64,000 nucleotides of DNA from an uncultured bacterium. Its GTDB lineage: Bacteria > Acidobacteriota > Aminicenantia > Aminicenantales > Aminicenantaceae. Location of the stretch: NCBI GenBank assembly GCA_965533275.1, contig CBESWG010000006.1, forward strand, positions 5,634-69,633. Reading direction: 5' to 3'. The translations under genes were made by a program, and so were the position numbers. Of this stretch, positions 29,749 through 40,215 are shown in pieces (position 1 is the stretch's first letter; every line of letters begins with the position of its first letter). Under the pieces are notes generated by a model. The model searched no databases. It saw only the letters and a program-made list of their open reading frames with translations, and was not told the origin of the DNA.

Positions 29749-30216
29749 ATGAAAAACAGAACTTTAACCATAGGGATATTTGGAGTGCTATCTGTTGTCT
29801 GGCTGTGTTTTTGTACGGGGCGAGAAGTAGAACCCCTGTTGTATGGGAAATGGCGATGCCCCCATGATGATTACAAAAACACATATTTTGAGATACGCCC
29901 GGAAACGATCATATTCGGAAATAACCAGGACGAAACGGAAATTGGGACCATCAGGAACATCAAGTATCAGAGGCTGCCCGACAAAAAATGGGTCCAGTGC
30001 ACCGTGAAATATCACAATATGGAGTCGCTGGAATACGAGTTTCAGTTTTTATTCGATTCAGAAGCGGCCGACACCATTGTCTTTAAAAACCAAGAGGACC
30101 TTATCTGGACAAAGGAAAATACAGAGAAGGGAACGATCTCCCAATCCGATCCTGTTGAGCCTGCCTCTGTACCAGGCATCAGACCCAAAAAATTCCGGGA
30201 CGGGGCAGGCTCTTAA
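29749..30216 (+). CDS. Hypothetical secreted protein / lipoprotein
   Basis: 155 aa. Signal peptide with Cys (LCFCTG). No recognisable domain. Confidence 0.5.
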   Translation: MKNRTLTIGIFGVLSVVWLCFCTGREVEPLLYGKWRCPHDDYKNTYFEIRPETIIFGNNQDETEIGTIRNIKYQRLPDKKWVQCTVKYHNMESLEYEFQFLFDSEAADTIVFKNQEDLIWTKENTEKGTISQSDPVEPASVPGIRPKKFRDGAGS

Positions 30217-30235
30217 TAACGGAAGTAAACAGGTC

Positions 30236-32005
30236 CTATTCTCTCTCGAACACGATCCGGCCGTCGACGATCGTCATCTGGACCTGCATGTTTCGCACAT
30301 CCGCGGGATCGTTTTCCACGATATTGCGGTCGATGACGACGATGTCGGCCAGTTTGCCGGCCTTCAGTGATCCCCGCACCGCATCCTCACGCATGCAGGC
30401 GTAGGCCCCGTTCACGGTGAAGCACCGGATGGCCTCTTCCATGCGGATCCTGTGCTGGGGCAGCCAGCCGCCCTCGGGCTTCCCCTCTGTGTTGGTCCGG
30501 TTGACAGCCGCGTTCAGCACATATCGGGGATCGTTGAAAAATATCGCACCCGCATTCCCCGGAATGTCGGAGCCGAAATTCATGACGATGCCCCTGTCCA
30601 GGAAGGTACGGAAGGGGAAGGCCAGCTTTTCCCTCTCAGGCCCCAGCCTGTCGATGAGCCAGCGCATGTCGTCGGGGAGTTGGCTCGGATTGGTCTCCAC
30701 GATGAGATTCAGGGCCCTGAGCCGCTCGAACTCGCGCGGCTGGATGATCTCCGCGTGGATGATGCGGAACATGCTCATGTCGGCACTCAAATCCTTCTGG
30801 ATCCGCTCCAGGACATCGATGACCTCCGAGACTCCCCTGTCCCCGATGGCGTGAGAGTCCACGCAATAGCCGTGCTCCACGGCATCCCGGCAGTGTTCAT
30901 AGAAGACCTCCGGATTTCCCTCCAGGCTGCCGAACGTATCCGAGTCGCTGTTGTATTCCTGGTAGTGCCCCTTGTAGGAGGGCCGGTCGGTATAGGGCTC
31001 GAAGAGCATGGCGCCGCGGTCTCCCAGGAAGCCATCATTGGCGCTCTTGAATCCCCCGAAGCGCAGAAAATAGTCCCGTTCCCGGGTCGCGGGGTGCATC
31101 CCCATGGTGAAGTCCTGGGAAAACATCTCCTCCTTGAGGTCCAGCCAGGGCCTGAGCCAGACACGGCAGCTCAACTCTCCCTCCTCCTGGAGCTTGAGAT
31201 AGCGCTCCACCTCTTTGAAGGAGCGAAACATGTCGTGAAACTCTACGAAACCCATCTCGGCCATCAGCCTCAGACCGGTGCGGTATTCATTCAGGATCCG
31301 TTCCTCTGATTTTGGCTTCACATGTTTGCGTATCTCAGCGATGGCCGGCGATCCCTGAAAGAGCAGCCCGGTTGGCTGGCCGTTCTCATCGAGCTGCATC
31401 CCCTCCAGGCGGGCGTCTTCGAGTCCGGCCGCGCGCAGCGCTGCGGTATTGGCCAGGTACAGGTCTCTTTCATAGCTGTTCAGCAGGCAGGGATTATCCT
31501 TTGTGTGGGGATCGATCGTCTTCCTGTGCGGTTCCCAACGCTTCTCGGACCCGGGCCCATCCAGCTCGCCCCTCCCCTGCATCCACTGGATCGCCCCGCT
31601 CCAATCCCCTCCGGTTATCCACTCGTTCGGGCCGACATTCTCCACGACACGCCGGATCTCCTGCACGAGGCCATCATCATTGGCCACATGCATGAGCTGG
31701 ATGTCGTGCTGTTGGGCGGAATATCCCGCAAAATGCACGTGCGCATCGATGAAGCCCGGCATGACGAATTGACCTCCCAGGTCGATGACCCGGGTTGAAG
31801 GGCCGATGTATCTCTCGCTCTCCATGTCATCTTCCAGGACCGCTACAATCTCATTTCCCCTGATGACCACGGCCGAGGCCCAGGGCTGACTATCCTCCAC
31901 GGTATAGACCTGCGCATTCCTGAGTATCAGATCGGCGGGGGGCGGACTCGAGCAGGCGCTCGCAAGTGCGGCCAAGACCATCAGAGCAATGAGTCCATTT
32001 TTCAT
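30236..32005 (-). CDS. Amidohydrolase-3 family metal-dependent hydrolase (YtcJ-like), lipoprotein
   Basis: PGFIDAHVHF is an HxH metal ligand. The preferred start is MKNGLIALMVLAALASACSS at 32005, which is preceded by AGGAGGA. The ORF-track start is 32122. Confidence 0.85.
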   Translation of the reverse strand: MKNGLIALMVLAALASACSSPPPADLILRNAQVYTVEDSQPWASAVVIRGNEIVAVLEDDMESERYIGPSTRVIDLGGQFVMPGFIDAHVHFAGYSAQQHDIQLMHVANDDGLVQEIRRVVENVGPNEWITGGDWSGAIQWMQGRGELDGPGSEKRWEPHRKTIDPHTKDNPCLLNSYERDLYLANTAALRAAGLEDARLEGMQLDENGQPTGLLFQGSPAIAEIRKHVKPKSEERILNEYRTGLRLMAEMGFVEFHDMFRSFKEVERYLKLQEEGELSCRVWLRPWLDLKEEMFSQDFTMGMHPATRERDYFLRFGGFKSANDGFLGDRGAMLFEPYTDRPSYKGHYQEYNSDSDTFGSLEGNPEVFYEHCRDAVEHGYCVDSHAIGDRGVSEVIDVLERIQKDLSADMSMFRIIHAEIIQPREFERLRALNLIVETNPSQLPDDMRWLIDRLGPEREKLAFPFRTFLDRGIVMNFGSDIPGNAGAIFFNDPRYVLNAAVNRTNTEGKPEGGWLPQHRIRMEEAIRCFTVNGAYACMREDAVRGSLKAGKLADIVVIDRNIVENDPADVRNMQVQMTIVDGRIVFERE

Positions 32006-32174
32006 GTCCGTCTCCTCCTGACAGCCAAAGCCTATCACTCCGAAAACTTGGCCGTCAACCACAAAGGATTTGACAAGAGATTTAGCACTACATATTCTAG
32101 GGTGCGGTGTCCCAAGAACCAATGCAGTACGGGCAATTCAAGCAGGGCACATGAAAGAAATCTAGGAGGATGGA

Positions 32175-32567
32175 ATGAAAAAGATTGTGGCAACGGTTGT
32201 TATCTTCGCTTTGGTCATGCTGTCGAGTTTCTCCAACGCAGCACTTACAGTCCAGTCAGAAGGCCAGAAGGCTCTGCTGGGGACCTGGGATGTCGAGCTG
32301 ATTTCCCAAGGAATGCAGATGGAGTTTATCTTCAAGATGGAGGAGGATCAGCTCAAGGGAGAGATGGTTTTCGATATGGGCGCCGCCGAGATGGAGGACA
32401 TTGCTTTAGAGGAAGGAACACTGACTTTTTCGGCTGCAATTGACGCCGGAGGGCAGACCATCAGCATCGATGCGGAAGCTGTGATCGAGGGGGAGTCCCT
32501 GACCGGCACTATGTTTACCGACATGGGCGATGCCGAATTTTCCGGAACCAAGAGAACAGATCAATAA
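32175..32567 (+). CDS. Hypothetical small secreted acidic protein
   Basis: 130 aa with a signal peptide. Acidic, with internally repeated Gx[ST][ML] segments. Confidence 0.5.
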   Translation: MKKIVATVVIFALVMLSSFSNAALTVQSEGQKALLGTWDVELISQGMQMEFIFKMEEDQLKGEMVFDMGAAEMEDIALEEGTLTFSAAIDAGGQTISIDAEAVIEGESLTGTMFTDMGDAEFSGTKRTDQ

Positions 32568-32582
32568 GTAATCAAGATCGAC

Positions 32583-34100
32583 ATGGGCAGAAACACGGGA
32601 TTCGACAACGAGAAATACCTGGCCGAGCAGTCTGCCTCCATCCTAGAGAGGCTCGACAAGGCTGACAACCGGCTGTATCTCGAGTTCGGGGGAAAGCTCC
32701 TCTTCGACTACCACGCGGCCCGTGTGCTGCCGGGATACGACCCTAATGTCAAGATGCGGCTCCTGCAGAAGCTCAAAGACAAGGCAGATATCATACTCTG
32801 CATCTATGCCGGGGCGATCGAGAAGAAGAAACTGCGGGCTGATTTCGGGATCACCTATGATGTGGACGCCCTCAAACTCCTTGATGAGCTCAGGCAGTGG
32901 GGCCTCGACATCCTGGGCGTGGTCATCACGCGTTTCGACAACCAGGCTTCTGCGGTCGTTTTCAAGAACAAACTGGAGCGCAGGGGCATCAAGGTCATCA
33001 CGCACCGCTACACACCCGGATACCCCACGGATGTCGACCTCATCGTCAGCAAGGACGGATACGGGGCCAACGACTACCTCAAGTCCGAAAAACCCCTGAT
33101 CGTGGTCACAGGGCCCGGCCCGGGGAGCGGCAAGCTCTCCACCTGCCTATCCCAGATGTACCACGACCACCTGCAGGGGATAAGCCCGGGATACTCCAAG
33201 TTCGAGACCTTCCCCATCTGGAATCTGCCCCTCAAGCATCCTGTCAACGTGGCCTATGAGGCGGCCACGGCAGACATCGCGGACTTCAACCTCATCGACC
33301 CCTTCCATCTGGAGAAGTATGGGAAGGCGTCCGTCAATTACAACCGCGATGTCGAGATCTTTCCCATCCTCAAGCGCATCCTGGAGAGGATCACCGGGGC
33401 CGAATCAATCTACCAATCCCCTACGGACATGGGAGTAAACTGCGCGAGTGCCGGCATCCTGAGTGATGAGGCCGTGCAGGAAGCGGCCAGGCAGGAAGTG
33501 ATCCGGCGTTTCTTCCGGTACAGCTGTGAATACGTGATGGGATATGCCGACAAGGATACTGTACAGCGCGTTGAACTCATCATGGAAGACATGGGCATAC
33601 GTCCGGAAAACAGACGGGTCGTCCGTTCTGCTAAAGAAGCCGCCAAGGACGCCGAGCTCAAGGAAAAGGGCAACAAGGGCATCTTCTGCGGTGCGGCCAT
33701 CGAACTGGAAGACGGCACCATCCTCACGGGCAGCAACTCTCCTCTCATGCATGCCGCCTCCAGCGTCGTGATGAAGTCCATGAAACACCTGGCCGGGATC
33801 CCGGAGGAGATCCATCTGCTGTCTCCGATCATCATCGATTCGATCGGCGCCCTGAAGAGGGACATCCTGCAGTCCAAGACTGTCAGCCTGGATCTCGAAG
33901 AGACCATGATCGCCCTCGCCATCGCGGCGGCCACCAATCCTTCGGTGCAACAGGCCATCTCCAAACTCAAGGAACTGGAGGGATGCGAGGTCCACCTCAG
34001 CCATATTCCGACACCCGGAGATGAGGCCGGCCTGAAGAGGTTGGGCGTCAACCTGACGAGCGAGCCGAACTTCTCGACCAAGGACCTGTTCACGGCCTGA
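32583..34100 (+). CDS. UPF0371 / DUF1846 family protein
   Basis: 505 aa. The N-terminus GFDNEKYLAEQSASILERL and the length match the DUF1846 family as I recall it. This is recall, not a computed hit. Confidence 0.6.
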   Translation: MGRNTGFDNEKYLAEQSASILERLDKADNRLYLEFGGKLLFDYHAARVLPGYDPNVKMRLLQKLKDKADIILCIYAGAIEKKKLRADFGITYDVDALKLLDELRQWGLDILGVVITRFDNQASAVVFKNKLERRGIKVITHRYTPGYPTDVDLIVSKDGYGANDYLKSEKPLIVVTGPGPGSGKLSTCLSQMYHDHLQGISPGYSKFETFPIWNLPLKHPVNVAYEAATADIADFNLIDPFHLEKYGKASVNYNRDVEIFPILKRILERITGAESIYQSPTDMGVNCASAGILSDEAVQEAARQEVIRRFFRYSCEYVMGYADKDTVQRVELIMEDMGIRPENRRVVRSAKEAAKDAELKEKGNKGIFCGAAIELEDGTILTGSNSPLMHAASSVVMKSMKHLAGIPEEIHLLSPIIIDSIGALKRDILQSKTVSLDLEETMIALAIAAATNPSVQQAISKLKELEGCEVHLSHIPTPGDEAGLKRLGVNLTSEPNFSTKDLFTA

Positions 34101-34131
34101 GCACAGCATTAGGTCGGCAAGGAGCCTTCTC

Positions 34132-35544
34132 ATGCGGCGCTATACGACCATCCTGTGGATCGCGGTCCTAGCGATCCACTGCGCTCCCGGCGATCCTCCC
34201 CTCCCCTTCGGCGCCGTGCCGAGCGAACGCCAGCTGCTCTGGCACGGAATGAAGTACCACGCCTTCATCCATTTCGGCCCCAACACCTTCACCGACATCG
34301 AGTGGGGACACGGAGACGAAAATCCAGATATCTTCAATCCCACCGAACTGGACTGCCGCCAGTGGGCCCGGGTCATAAAAGAGGCAGGCATGGAGGGGGC
34401 CGTCATCACCGCCAAACATCACGACGGATTCTGCCTGTGGCCGTCGGAACAGTCCACACACACGGTGCGGGAAAGCCGATGGAAGGACGGGAAAGGCGAT
34501 GTGCTCAGAGAGCTCTCCGACGCCTGCCGGGAGCTCGGCATCAAGTTCGGAATCTATGTTTCTCCCTGGGACCGAAATCATCCCACCTACTTCACCGATG
34601 AGTACAATACCGTGTTCATGAAGATGCTGGAAGAGGTCCTGACCGAGTACGGTGACGTGTACTACGTGTTCTTCGACGGAGCCTTCAGCGTGGGCCCGGA
34701 CGGGAAGAGGCAGGAATACGATTGGGAGGGCTTCACGGACGTGGTGCGGCGGTGCCAGCCCCAGGCAGTGATCTTCAGCGACGCCGGCCCGGACGTCCGC
34801 TGGATCGGGAACGAGAGGGGTTATGCAGCCGAGACCAACTGGTGCACGATCGATGCGGGCGCATTCTACCCCGGCATAGGGGGAGTGAACGACCAGCTGC
34901 AGACCGGCCATGAGGATGGCGAGCTGTGGATCCCCGCCGAGGTCAACACCTCGATCCGGCCGGGCTGGTTCTACCACAAGGAAGAGGACGACAAGGTCAA
35001 GCCGCTGAGCCGGCTCATCGACAACTGGTACCACTCCGTGGGGATGAACGGCTGTTTCCTCCTGAACCTGCCGCCCGACACACGGGGCCTGATCCATAAC
35101 AACGACATCCAGAGGCTGACCGAGTTGAAGCTCTATCTGGACGAGGCCTTCTCCGTCAACCTCGCCGCGGCAGCACACGCGAGCACCACAAGTTCTCGGG
35201 GAGGGGCCTTTCGAGCAGCGAATAGTATCGATGAGGATCCCGAGACCTACTGGGCCGCGGAAGATGAGGACCCGGAGGCCGCTCTCGAGCTGGACTTTGG
35301 GGAGCCGGTCGAGCTGAACACGGTGCTCCTCCAGGAGCATATCCCGCTTGGCCAGCGTGTGAAGGCATTCTCCATCGATGCATTTCAGGATGGTGAATTT
35401 GTCGAAATCGCCGGCGGTACCACGATCGGGAACCGCAGGATCGTCCGGTTCGAGCCTATCACGACAACGAGGATCAGGATCAACCTGAAGGCCAAGGCCT
35501 GCCCGCTCATCTCCAACCTCAAGGTCTTTCGTGTGCCGGATTAA
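34132..35544 (+). CDS. Alpha-L-fucosidase (GH29) with a C-terminal F5/8 type C (discoidin)-like domain
   Basis: HAFIHFGPNTF, HHDGFCLWPS and YVSPWDRNH are GH29 core motifs. Signal peptide present. Confidence 0.85.
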   Translation: MRRYTTILWIAVLAIHCAPGDPPLPFGAVPSERQLLWHGMKYHAFIHFGPNTFTDIEWGHGDENPDIFNPTELDCRQWARVIKEAGMEGAVITAKHHDGFCLWPSEQSTHTVRESRWKDGKGDVLRELSDACRELGIKFGIYVSPWDRNHPTYFTDEYNTVFMKMLEEVLTEYGDVYYVFFDGAFSVGPDGKRQEYDWEGFTDVVRRCQPQAVIFSDAGPDVRWIGNERGYAAETNWCTIDAGAFYPGIGGVNDQLQTGHEDGELWIPAEVNTSIRPGWFYHKEEDDKVKPLSRLIDNWYHSVGMNGCFLLNLPPDTRGLIHNNDIQRLTELKLYLDEAFSVNLAAAAHASTTSSRGGAFRAANSIDEDPETYWAAEDEDPEAALELDFGEPVELNTVLLQEHIPLGQRVKAFSIDAFQDGEFVEIAGGTTIGNRRIVRFEPITTTRIRINLKAKACPLISNLKVFRVPD

Positions 35545-37631
35545 TCCCTGAGGTGTCTCCCGAAAAAATCGACCATCTTCCTGAATGCGAAGAGTGTCTG
35601 GTGTGTGGGGCCCAAGTCCCAGGCGTGCGCGGCATCCGGGAGGACCACGAACTCGAAGTCTTTGCCCTCCTCGATCATCTTGCTGGCCAGGCTCACCGAG
35701 TCCATGAAGAGCACGGTCGTGTCCCGAACCCCGTGGATGATCATGGCCGGATCTTCCAGGCCCTGCGACCAGAAATATGCTGAGGATCCCTCATAGGCCT
35801 CACTATCCTCGGCAGACTTCATGACCTCCATCTGGCCGGGGAAGGCGTGATAGACATTGGTGGCCGGGGCCCCGGCTATCCCGCAGGCAAAGAGGCCCGG
35901 ATTCTTGAACAGAGACATCAGGGTCAGGAGGCCGCCGTAGCTCGATCCCCAGATCCCGATCCTATCTCCCCTGATGTACGGCAGCGACTGGAGATAGCGG
36001 GCCGCCGCCGCGATGTCCTGAATGTCGACAACACCGTAGCCCCGGAGCATGTCTGCCCGGAACTTGCGCCCATACCCGAGGCTGCCCCTGAGGTCCAGGT
36101 TCAGCAGGACATACTTCTCCACCTGGACCAGATACTGATCCAGCCCCCAGGTGGGATGGGCATCGCGCCCTCCCCACTGGTTCAAGACAGCATTGGAGTA
36201 GACAGAGCCGATGATGGCCGGATATTTCTTCCCGGGATCGAAATCTGGGGGAAGCATCATCCGGATCCGGATCTCGACGCTGCTTCCTCCTCCCGGGATC
36301 GTCAGGTACTGTGGTTTCGCCCACTGGAATTCCTCGAAACCAGGCAGCAGAGACTCCGTCACCCTCTCCAGCTTGCCCTGCCGGATGAAATAGAGGTCAA
36401 AGGGAGTCATGTCATCGGAAAAAAGGACACACACATTCTTTCCAGATGCGGAGATTGAGGGACGGTACACCCCATCCCTGTCGGAGGCCCTCTGGATATC
36501 CCCACTGCCAAGATCCACACTGTACAGTTCACGATTTTCGGGCCGGGATCGATTGGCGATAAAATAGAGTGATCCTCCCCTGACCGGAAAGGTCTCCAGC
36601 ACCTCCCATTCCCCGGAAGTGAGCTGTCGGGTCTGCGAGGTTTCCAGATCCAGGGCATAGAGATGGCAGAATCCGGACCCATCCGATGTCAGGGCGATGC
36701 GGTCGTCATCGATCCACTGCGAGCTCCAGATCCAGGAGAATGTGAAGGAGGGGCTTTCTTCCCTGTAGGCAGTGTGCAGCTTCAGGTCGTCCGCCTCGCA
36801 CACATAGATGGACCGCTTGCTGGCATATTCCGCTGATTCCTCCATGAGTAGTCTTCCCCCTGAAGGAGACCACGAAAAGGAGTGCAACGTGGCGAACTCC
36901 CTGTCCACCCAGCTGATCTCCCCCTGCGGGAGGTCCAATATCCCAATCTTCCTCACACTGTCCGGATCCCCGGGAAAGGCGCGCGGCACCTTCCTCAGCC
37001 TGACCGCCTCCCGGCCAAAAAGCGGGACATCCACCTGACGGGTACCGTCTGAATCCTGGAAAAGAAATGCGATCCGCTGCGAATCCGGGGACCAGGCATA
37101 CCGAACGATGCCTCCACCCCTGGCCTCGAATCCGGTAACCTGGGAACAGCTCTTGGCCTCGAGGTCATACACACAGAGATTCCCTCCTTTGAGAAAGCAG
37201 AGTGATGACCGATCTGGAGACAGGGTCAGCGACCGCATCCGCAGCTTGCTCCTGTAGACCTCGGTTGTGGATAGGCTTGGGAGATCCAATCTGAAGAGCG
37301 CTGTTCCCAGAAGAAAGAATAGTTCGTTTTCGCTGCGTCCCCAACAGAAGCCCGCAATCCTCTGATCTTCGAATGATGTCAGCCGCAGCGGCACGGCCCC
37401 GGGATCCGGAGCGAAGAGGTAGAGATTCTGGATCCTGCCCGAGTCCTCATTCCAGAGGAAGGCACACCGGCTCTCATCAGGCGACCATGTAACCGCGCGT
37501 GGAGGAATGCCGATCAGGGGTGTATCGGTGTAGAGCTTTTCCAGGGTGAGCTCCTCCCCCATCAGGGAGCCTAGAACCAGAAACAGCAGGAGCAGCGAGG
37601 GGAAGAGTTTTTTCATCACTGAATCCGACAT
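35541..37631 (-). CDS. S9-family serine peptidase (prolyl oligopeptidase / dipeptidyl-peptidase type) with an N-terminal beta-propeller
   Basis: Signal peptide present. Propeller repeats (WSPDES, WSPDSQ). The catalytic GIWGSSYGG nucleophile elbow is followed by Asp/His regions. Confidence 0.85.
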   Translation of the reverse strand: MSDSVMKKLFPSLLLLFLVLGSLMGEELTLEKLYTDTPLIGIPPRAVTWSPDESRCAFLWNEDSGRIQNLYLFAPDPGAVPLRLTSFEDQRIAGFCWGRSENELFFLLGTALFRLDLPSLSTTEVYRSKLRMRSLTLSPDRSSLCFLKGGNLCVYDLEAKSCSQVTGFEARGGGIVRYAWSPDSQRIAFLFQDSDGTRQVDVPLFGREAVRLRKVPRAFPGDPDSVRKIGILDLPQGEISWVDREFATLHSFSWSPSGGRLLMEESAEYASKRSIYVCEADDLKLHTAYREESPSFTFSWIWSSQWIDDDRIALTSDGSGFCHLYALDLETSQTRQLTSGEWEVLETFPVRGGSLYFIANRSRPENRELYSVDLGSGDIQRASDRDGVYRPSISASGKNVCVLFSDDMTPFDLYFIRQGKLERVTESLLPGFEEFQWAKPQYLTIPGGGSSVEIRIRMMLPPDFDPGKKYPAIIGSVYSNAVLNQWGGRDAHPTWGLDQYLVQVEKYVLLNLDLRGSLGYGRKFRADMLRGYGVVDIQDIAAAARYLQSLPYIRGDRIGIWGSSYGGLLTLMSLFKNPGLFACGIAGAPATNVYHAFPGQMEVMKSAEDSEAYEGSSAYFWSQGLEDPAMIIHGVRDTTVLFMDSVSLASKMIEEGKDFEFVVLPDAAHAWDLGPTHQTLFAFRKMVDFFGRHLRD

Positions 37632-37726
37632 GTTTCCTCCTGCAGGGCCGGCAACACGGACTTGATCACCAGATCATGCAGCCGGGACTATCGGTATCTT
37701 ATATAGAATCCTACGGCCTGACAAGC

Positions 37727-38631
37727 TCACAGGGGATAGGTGACCCCTGTGAGCTTCTCTGAGACTTCCCAGAGTTTCTTCGCTTTTTCCGTGTCTTTTG
37801 CCAGGTCATTGATTTCGACCTTTTTCGGGTACCCCCGCATCTCTCGCCAACCCCGGGGCCGTAGTAATCGCAGGCCTGAACATCCTCGGCGACCGCGGCA
37901 TACAGGGTCGGCAGGGCGCCCATGGTGATGTCCTGGGCCACGAATCGGTTCAGGAATTTGAACACACCGGCATGCCTCTGCAGCTCGGTTGCGGTCCAAC
38001 CGGGATGCGCGGCAGTGACCAGCGTGTTCACGCCCGCCTCGTCCAGGCGCCGCTGCAGCTCGTTGGCGAAGTAGATGTTGGCGATCTTGGAATCGGAGTA
38101 TGCCTTCATCTTCTTGTAGGGGCGCTTCTCCCAGTTCAGGTCCTCGAAATCCAGGTTCCCATAGTGGTGTGCCCCGCTCGACACGTTGACGATCCGGGAA
38201 TCGGGTGTGTTCTTGATCAGGTCGATGAGCAGCCCTGTGAGGGCAAAATGTCCCAGGTGGTTCGTGCCGAACTGGAGCTCGAAGCCGTCTTTGGTCTTGG
38301 AGAGGGGCGGCATCATGACGCCGGCGTTGTTGATGAGCAGATCCAGCCGCGAGTAACTGTCCTTGAACTTCTCGGCAAAGTCGCGCACGGAATCCAAGTT
38401 GGCCAGGTCGAGTTCCATGACGGTCAGATCCGCATTCGGGTGGCCCGATCTGATCTTCTCCGCCGCGACATTTCCTTTATCGAGGTTGCGCGGGGCGATG
38501 ATCACCGTGGCGTTCTTCTCAGCCAGGACACGTGCTGTCTCAAAACCGATCCCGCTGCTGGCCCCGGTCACGATGGCCACCCTTCCTTTCTGGTCGGGGA
38601 TATCGCTGCTGTCCCATTTCTTTTTCGGCAT
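37727..38631 (-). CDS. SDR-family oxidoreductase (retinol-dehydrogenase-like) with an apparent +2 frameshift near the 3' end
   Basis: TGASSGIG cofactor motif. The conserved C-terminal tail KKLWEVSEKLTGV is encoded in a different frame (ORF 37727..37999) from the body (ORF 37711..38631). The junction is at a GAGAGA/TCTCTC dinucleotide run near 37830-37835. Confidence 0.75.
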
Positions 38632-38665
38632 CTATCACTCCTTTTAGTAATGGATGTCTAATGTT

Positions 38666-39250
38666 TCAATCTGTGTAGAGTCCGTTTTCCAGCAGATCCA
38701 TGGCCGCTTCGAAGCGCTGCTGGACGAGCTCCTCGAAGCTATAATCGGGGTTGAGCGTCATCCCAGGCCGCATAAGGTGCAGGAGCAGGATCAGGGAATC
38801 CAGCAGCACCATCAGTTCGAGGATGTTCCGGCAGCGGAACTTCCCCTCCTCCATAAACTGGTTCAGACGGTCGAAAAGCTCGGAGGGCATGAGATAGCGT
38901 TGAAACGTCTTCCCAAGGACCTCTGATTCGTCCAGTGAACACTGCATATAGAGCTTGATGACCTTCGGATTCATCAAGAGCCATCGATCCAGGTGTCCCA
39001 TGGATTTCCGGATCAACTCCTTGGGATCCTCTATCTCCTGCACAGCCAACGATATGGCGGAGACCATCGGTTCCGTCTTCTCCTTGTAAAGCTCCTCGAG
39101 CAGTGTCTCCTTGTCCACAAACAAAGCCCGCACAACTCCAGGCGCTAAACCGGCCCTGGACGCGATCGAATCCAGAGTTGTATCCGGGATGCCGCATTCT
39201 GCAAATTCATCAAGGGCGGCTTCGATGATCTTTCTTTGTTCTTCGCTCAT
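38666..39250 (-). CDS. TetR/AcrR-family transcriptional regulator
   Basis: N-terminal HTH IIEAALDEFAECGIPDTTLDSIASRAG. Confidence 0.85.
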   Translation of the reverse strand: MSEEQRKIIEAALDEFAECGIPDTTLDSIASRAGLAPGVVRALFVDKETLLEELYKEKTEPMVSAISLAVQEIEDPKELIRKSMGHLDRWLLMNPKVIKLYMQCSLDESEVLGKTFQRYLMPSELFDRLNQFMEEGKFRCRNILELMVLLDSLILLLHLMRPGMTLNPDYSFEELVQQRFEAAMDLLENGLYTD

Positions 39251-39276
39251 TTCTGGTTCCTTGTTTCGATCAGGTT

Positions 39277-40215
39277 CTATTCGATAGGTAGAAGCTGGTA
39301 CGTGTAGCTGCCTTCGATCCGGTCAGGTGAATTCTTATAGTGCATGATGTGTTGGCCGCAGTTGCTCCCGATCCTGTTTTCCTCGAGTTCGCCCAAGCTG
39401 TAAAGCACATCATACCCTGTTTCCCTCAGGTCGGACGCGATCGGCGGCTCCATCTCAACACCTGTCCGATCACTGCTCAGCCTGTTCCGCACCGCCTGCC
39501 CCGTCGGGTTAACGGGAGTCAGTTTGATGAAGAATTTCTCGGCCGGGAAATGCCTCAGCAGGGCGGCCGGATCCAGGATCAGATCATCCGAGATGGCAAA
39601 ATTCAGTGTGATCTTCCGGTCTCCCGGCTCAAAAAACTCTTTCCCCAGCGCCGCGATCCTGTCCAACTGCATCTTGCGGGCGGGGATCAGCCAGTCCCTC
39701 CGGGCCTCGTCCGTGGAGTGGACGGAGAACTGGAGCTGGAAGCGGCCAGGGTAGAGGTCGTCCTTGATCTCCTTGAGCCTGCGAAAGAATCCGTCGCTGC
39801 CGAGAGGGGCCATGGTCGAGACGGTGGGCAGCAGGCCAGGCGCCTGATAGCGGCCGGAAAGGGCAGCTAGCACATCGAGCACTGCGGGATTCAGCGCCGG
39901 TTCGCCCATCCGGGCGAACTGGATCTTGAATTTTGATACGGGTACAACCCGGTCCGGATACCGCAGTTCCACCATGTAGTCGATCTGCCGCATGATATCT
40001 TCGGCGGAGAGTATTCCCTGATAGAACTGCCCTGCATCGCAGAACCGGCATCCGATGGGGCAGCCGTACAGGGACGACACGATGAGCACCCACTTCTCCT
40101 GCCTGGAAAGTGGCGGCTGGGATGACTCTACAAACTCGATGTATCTGTTCGGGCTGGTCTCCGCAATAAACACGGTCGCGATATCCGAATGGGCGGTCCG
40201 GGCTACGACGTTCAT
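39277..40215 (-). CDS. Radical SAM protein, RlmN/Cfr-like core, lacking the N-terminal extension and the methyl-carrier cysteine
   Basis: CPIGCRFC is a CxxxCxxC motif. The flanks ...IEFVESSQ...WVLIVSSLYGC..., ARMGEPALN, TVSTMAPLG and C-terminal NCGQ align to RlmN motifs. The position corresponding to RlmN Cys118, 7 residues before the cluster, is Ile. Confidence 0.75.
   Translation of the reverse strand: MNVVARTAHSDIATVFIAETSPNRYIEFVESSQPPLSRQEKWVLIVSSLYGCPIGCRFCDAGQFYQGILSAEDIMRQIDYMVELRYPDRVVPVSKFKIQFARMGEPALNPAVLDVLAALSGRYQAPGLLPTVSTMAPLGSDGFFRRLKEIKDDLYPGRFQLQFSVHSTDEARRDWLIPARKMQLDRIAALGKEFFEPGDRKITLNFAISDDLILDPAALLRHFPAEKFFIKLTPVNPTGQAVRNRLSSDRTGVEMEPPIASDLRETGYDVLYSLGELEENRIGSNCGQHIMHYKNSPDRIEGSYTYQLLPIE

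Noticed and set aside
34168-35340. 390-aa minus-strand ORF
   Set aside because: Antisense to the GH29 fucosidase gene. Artefact.
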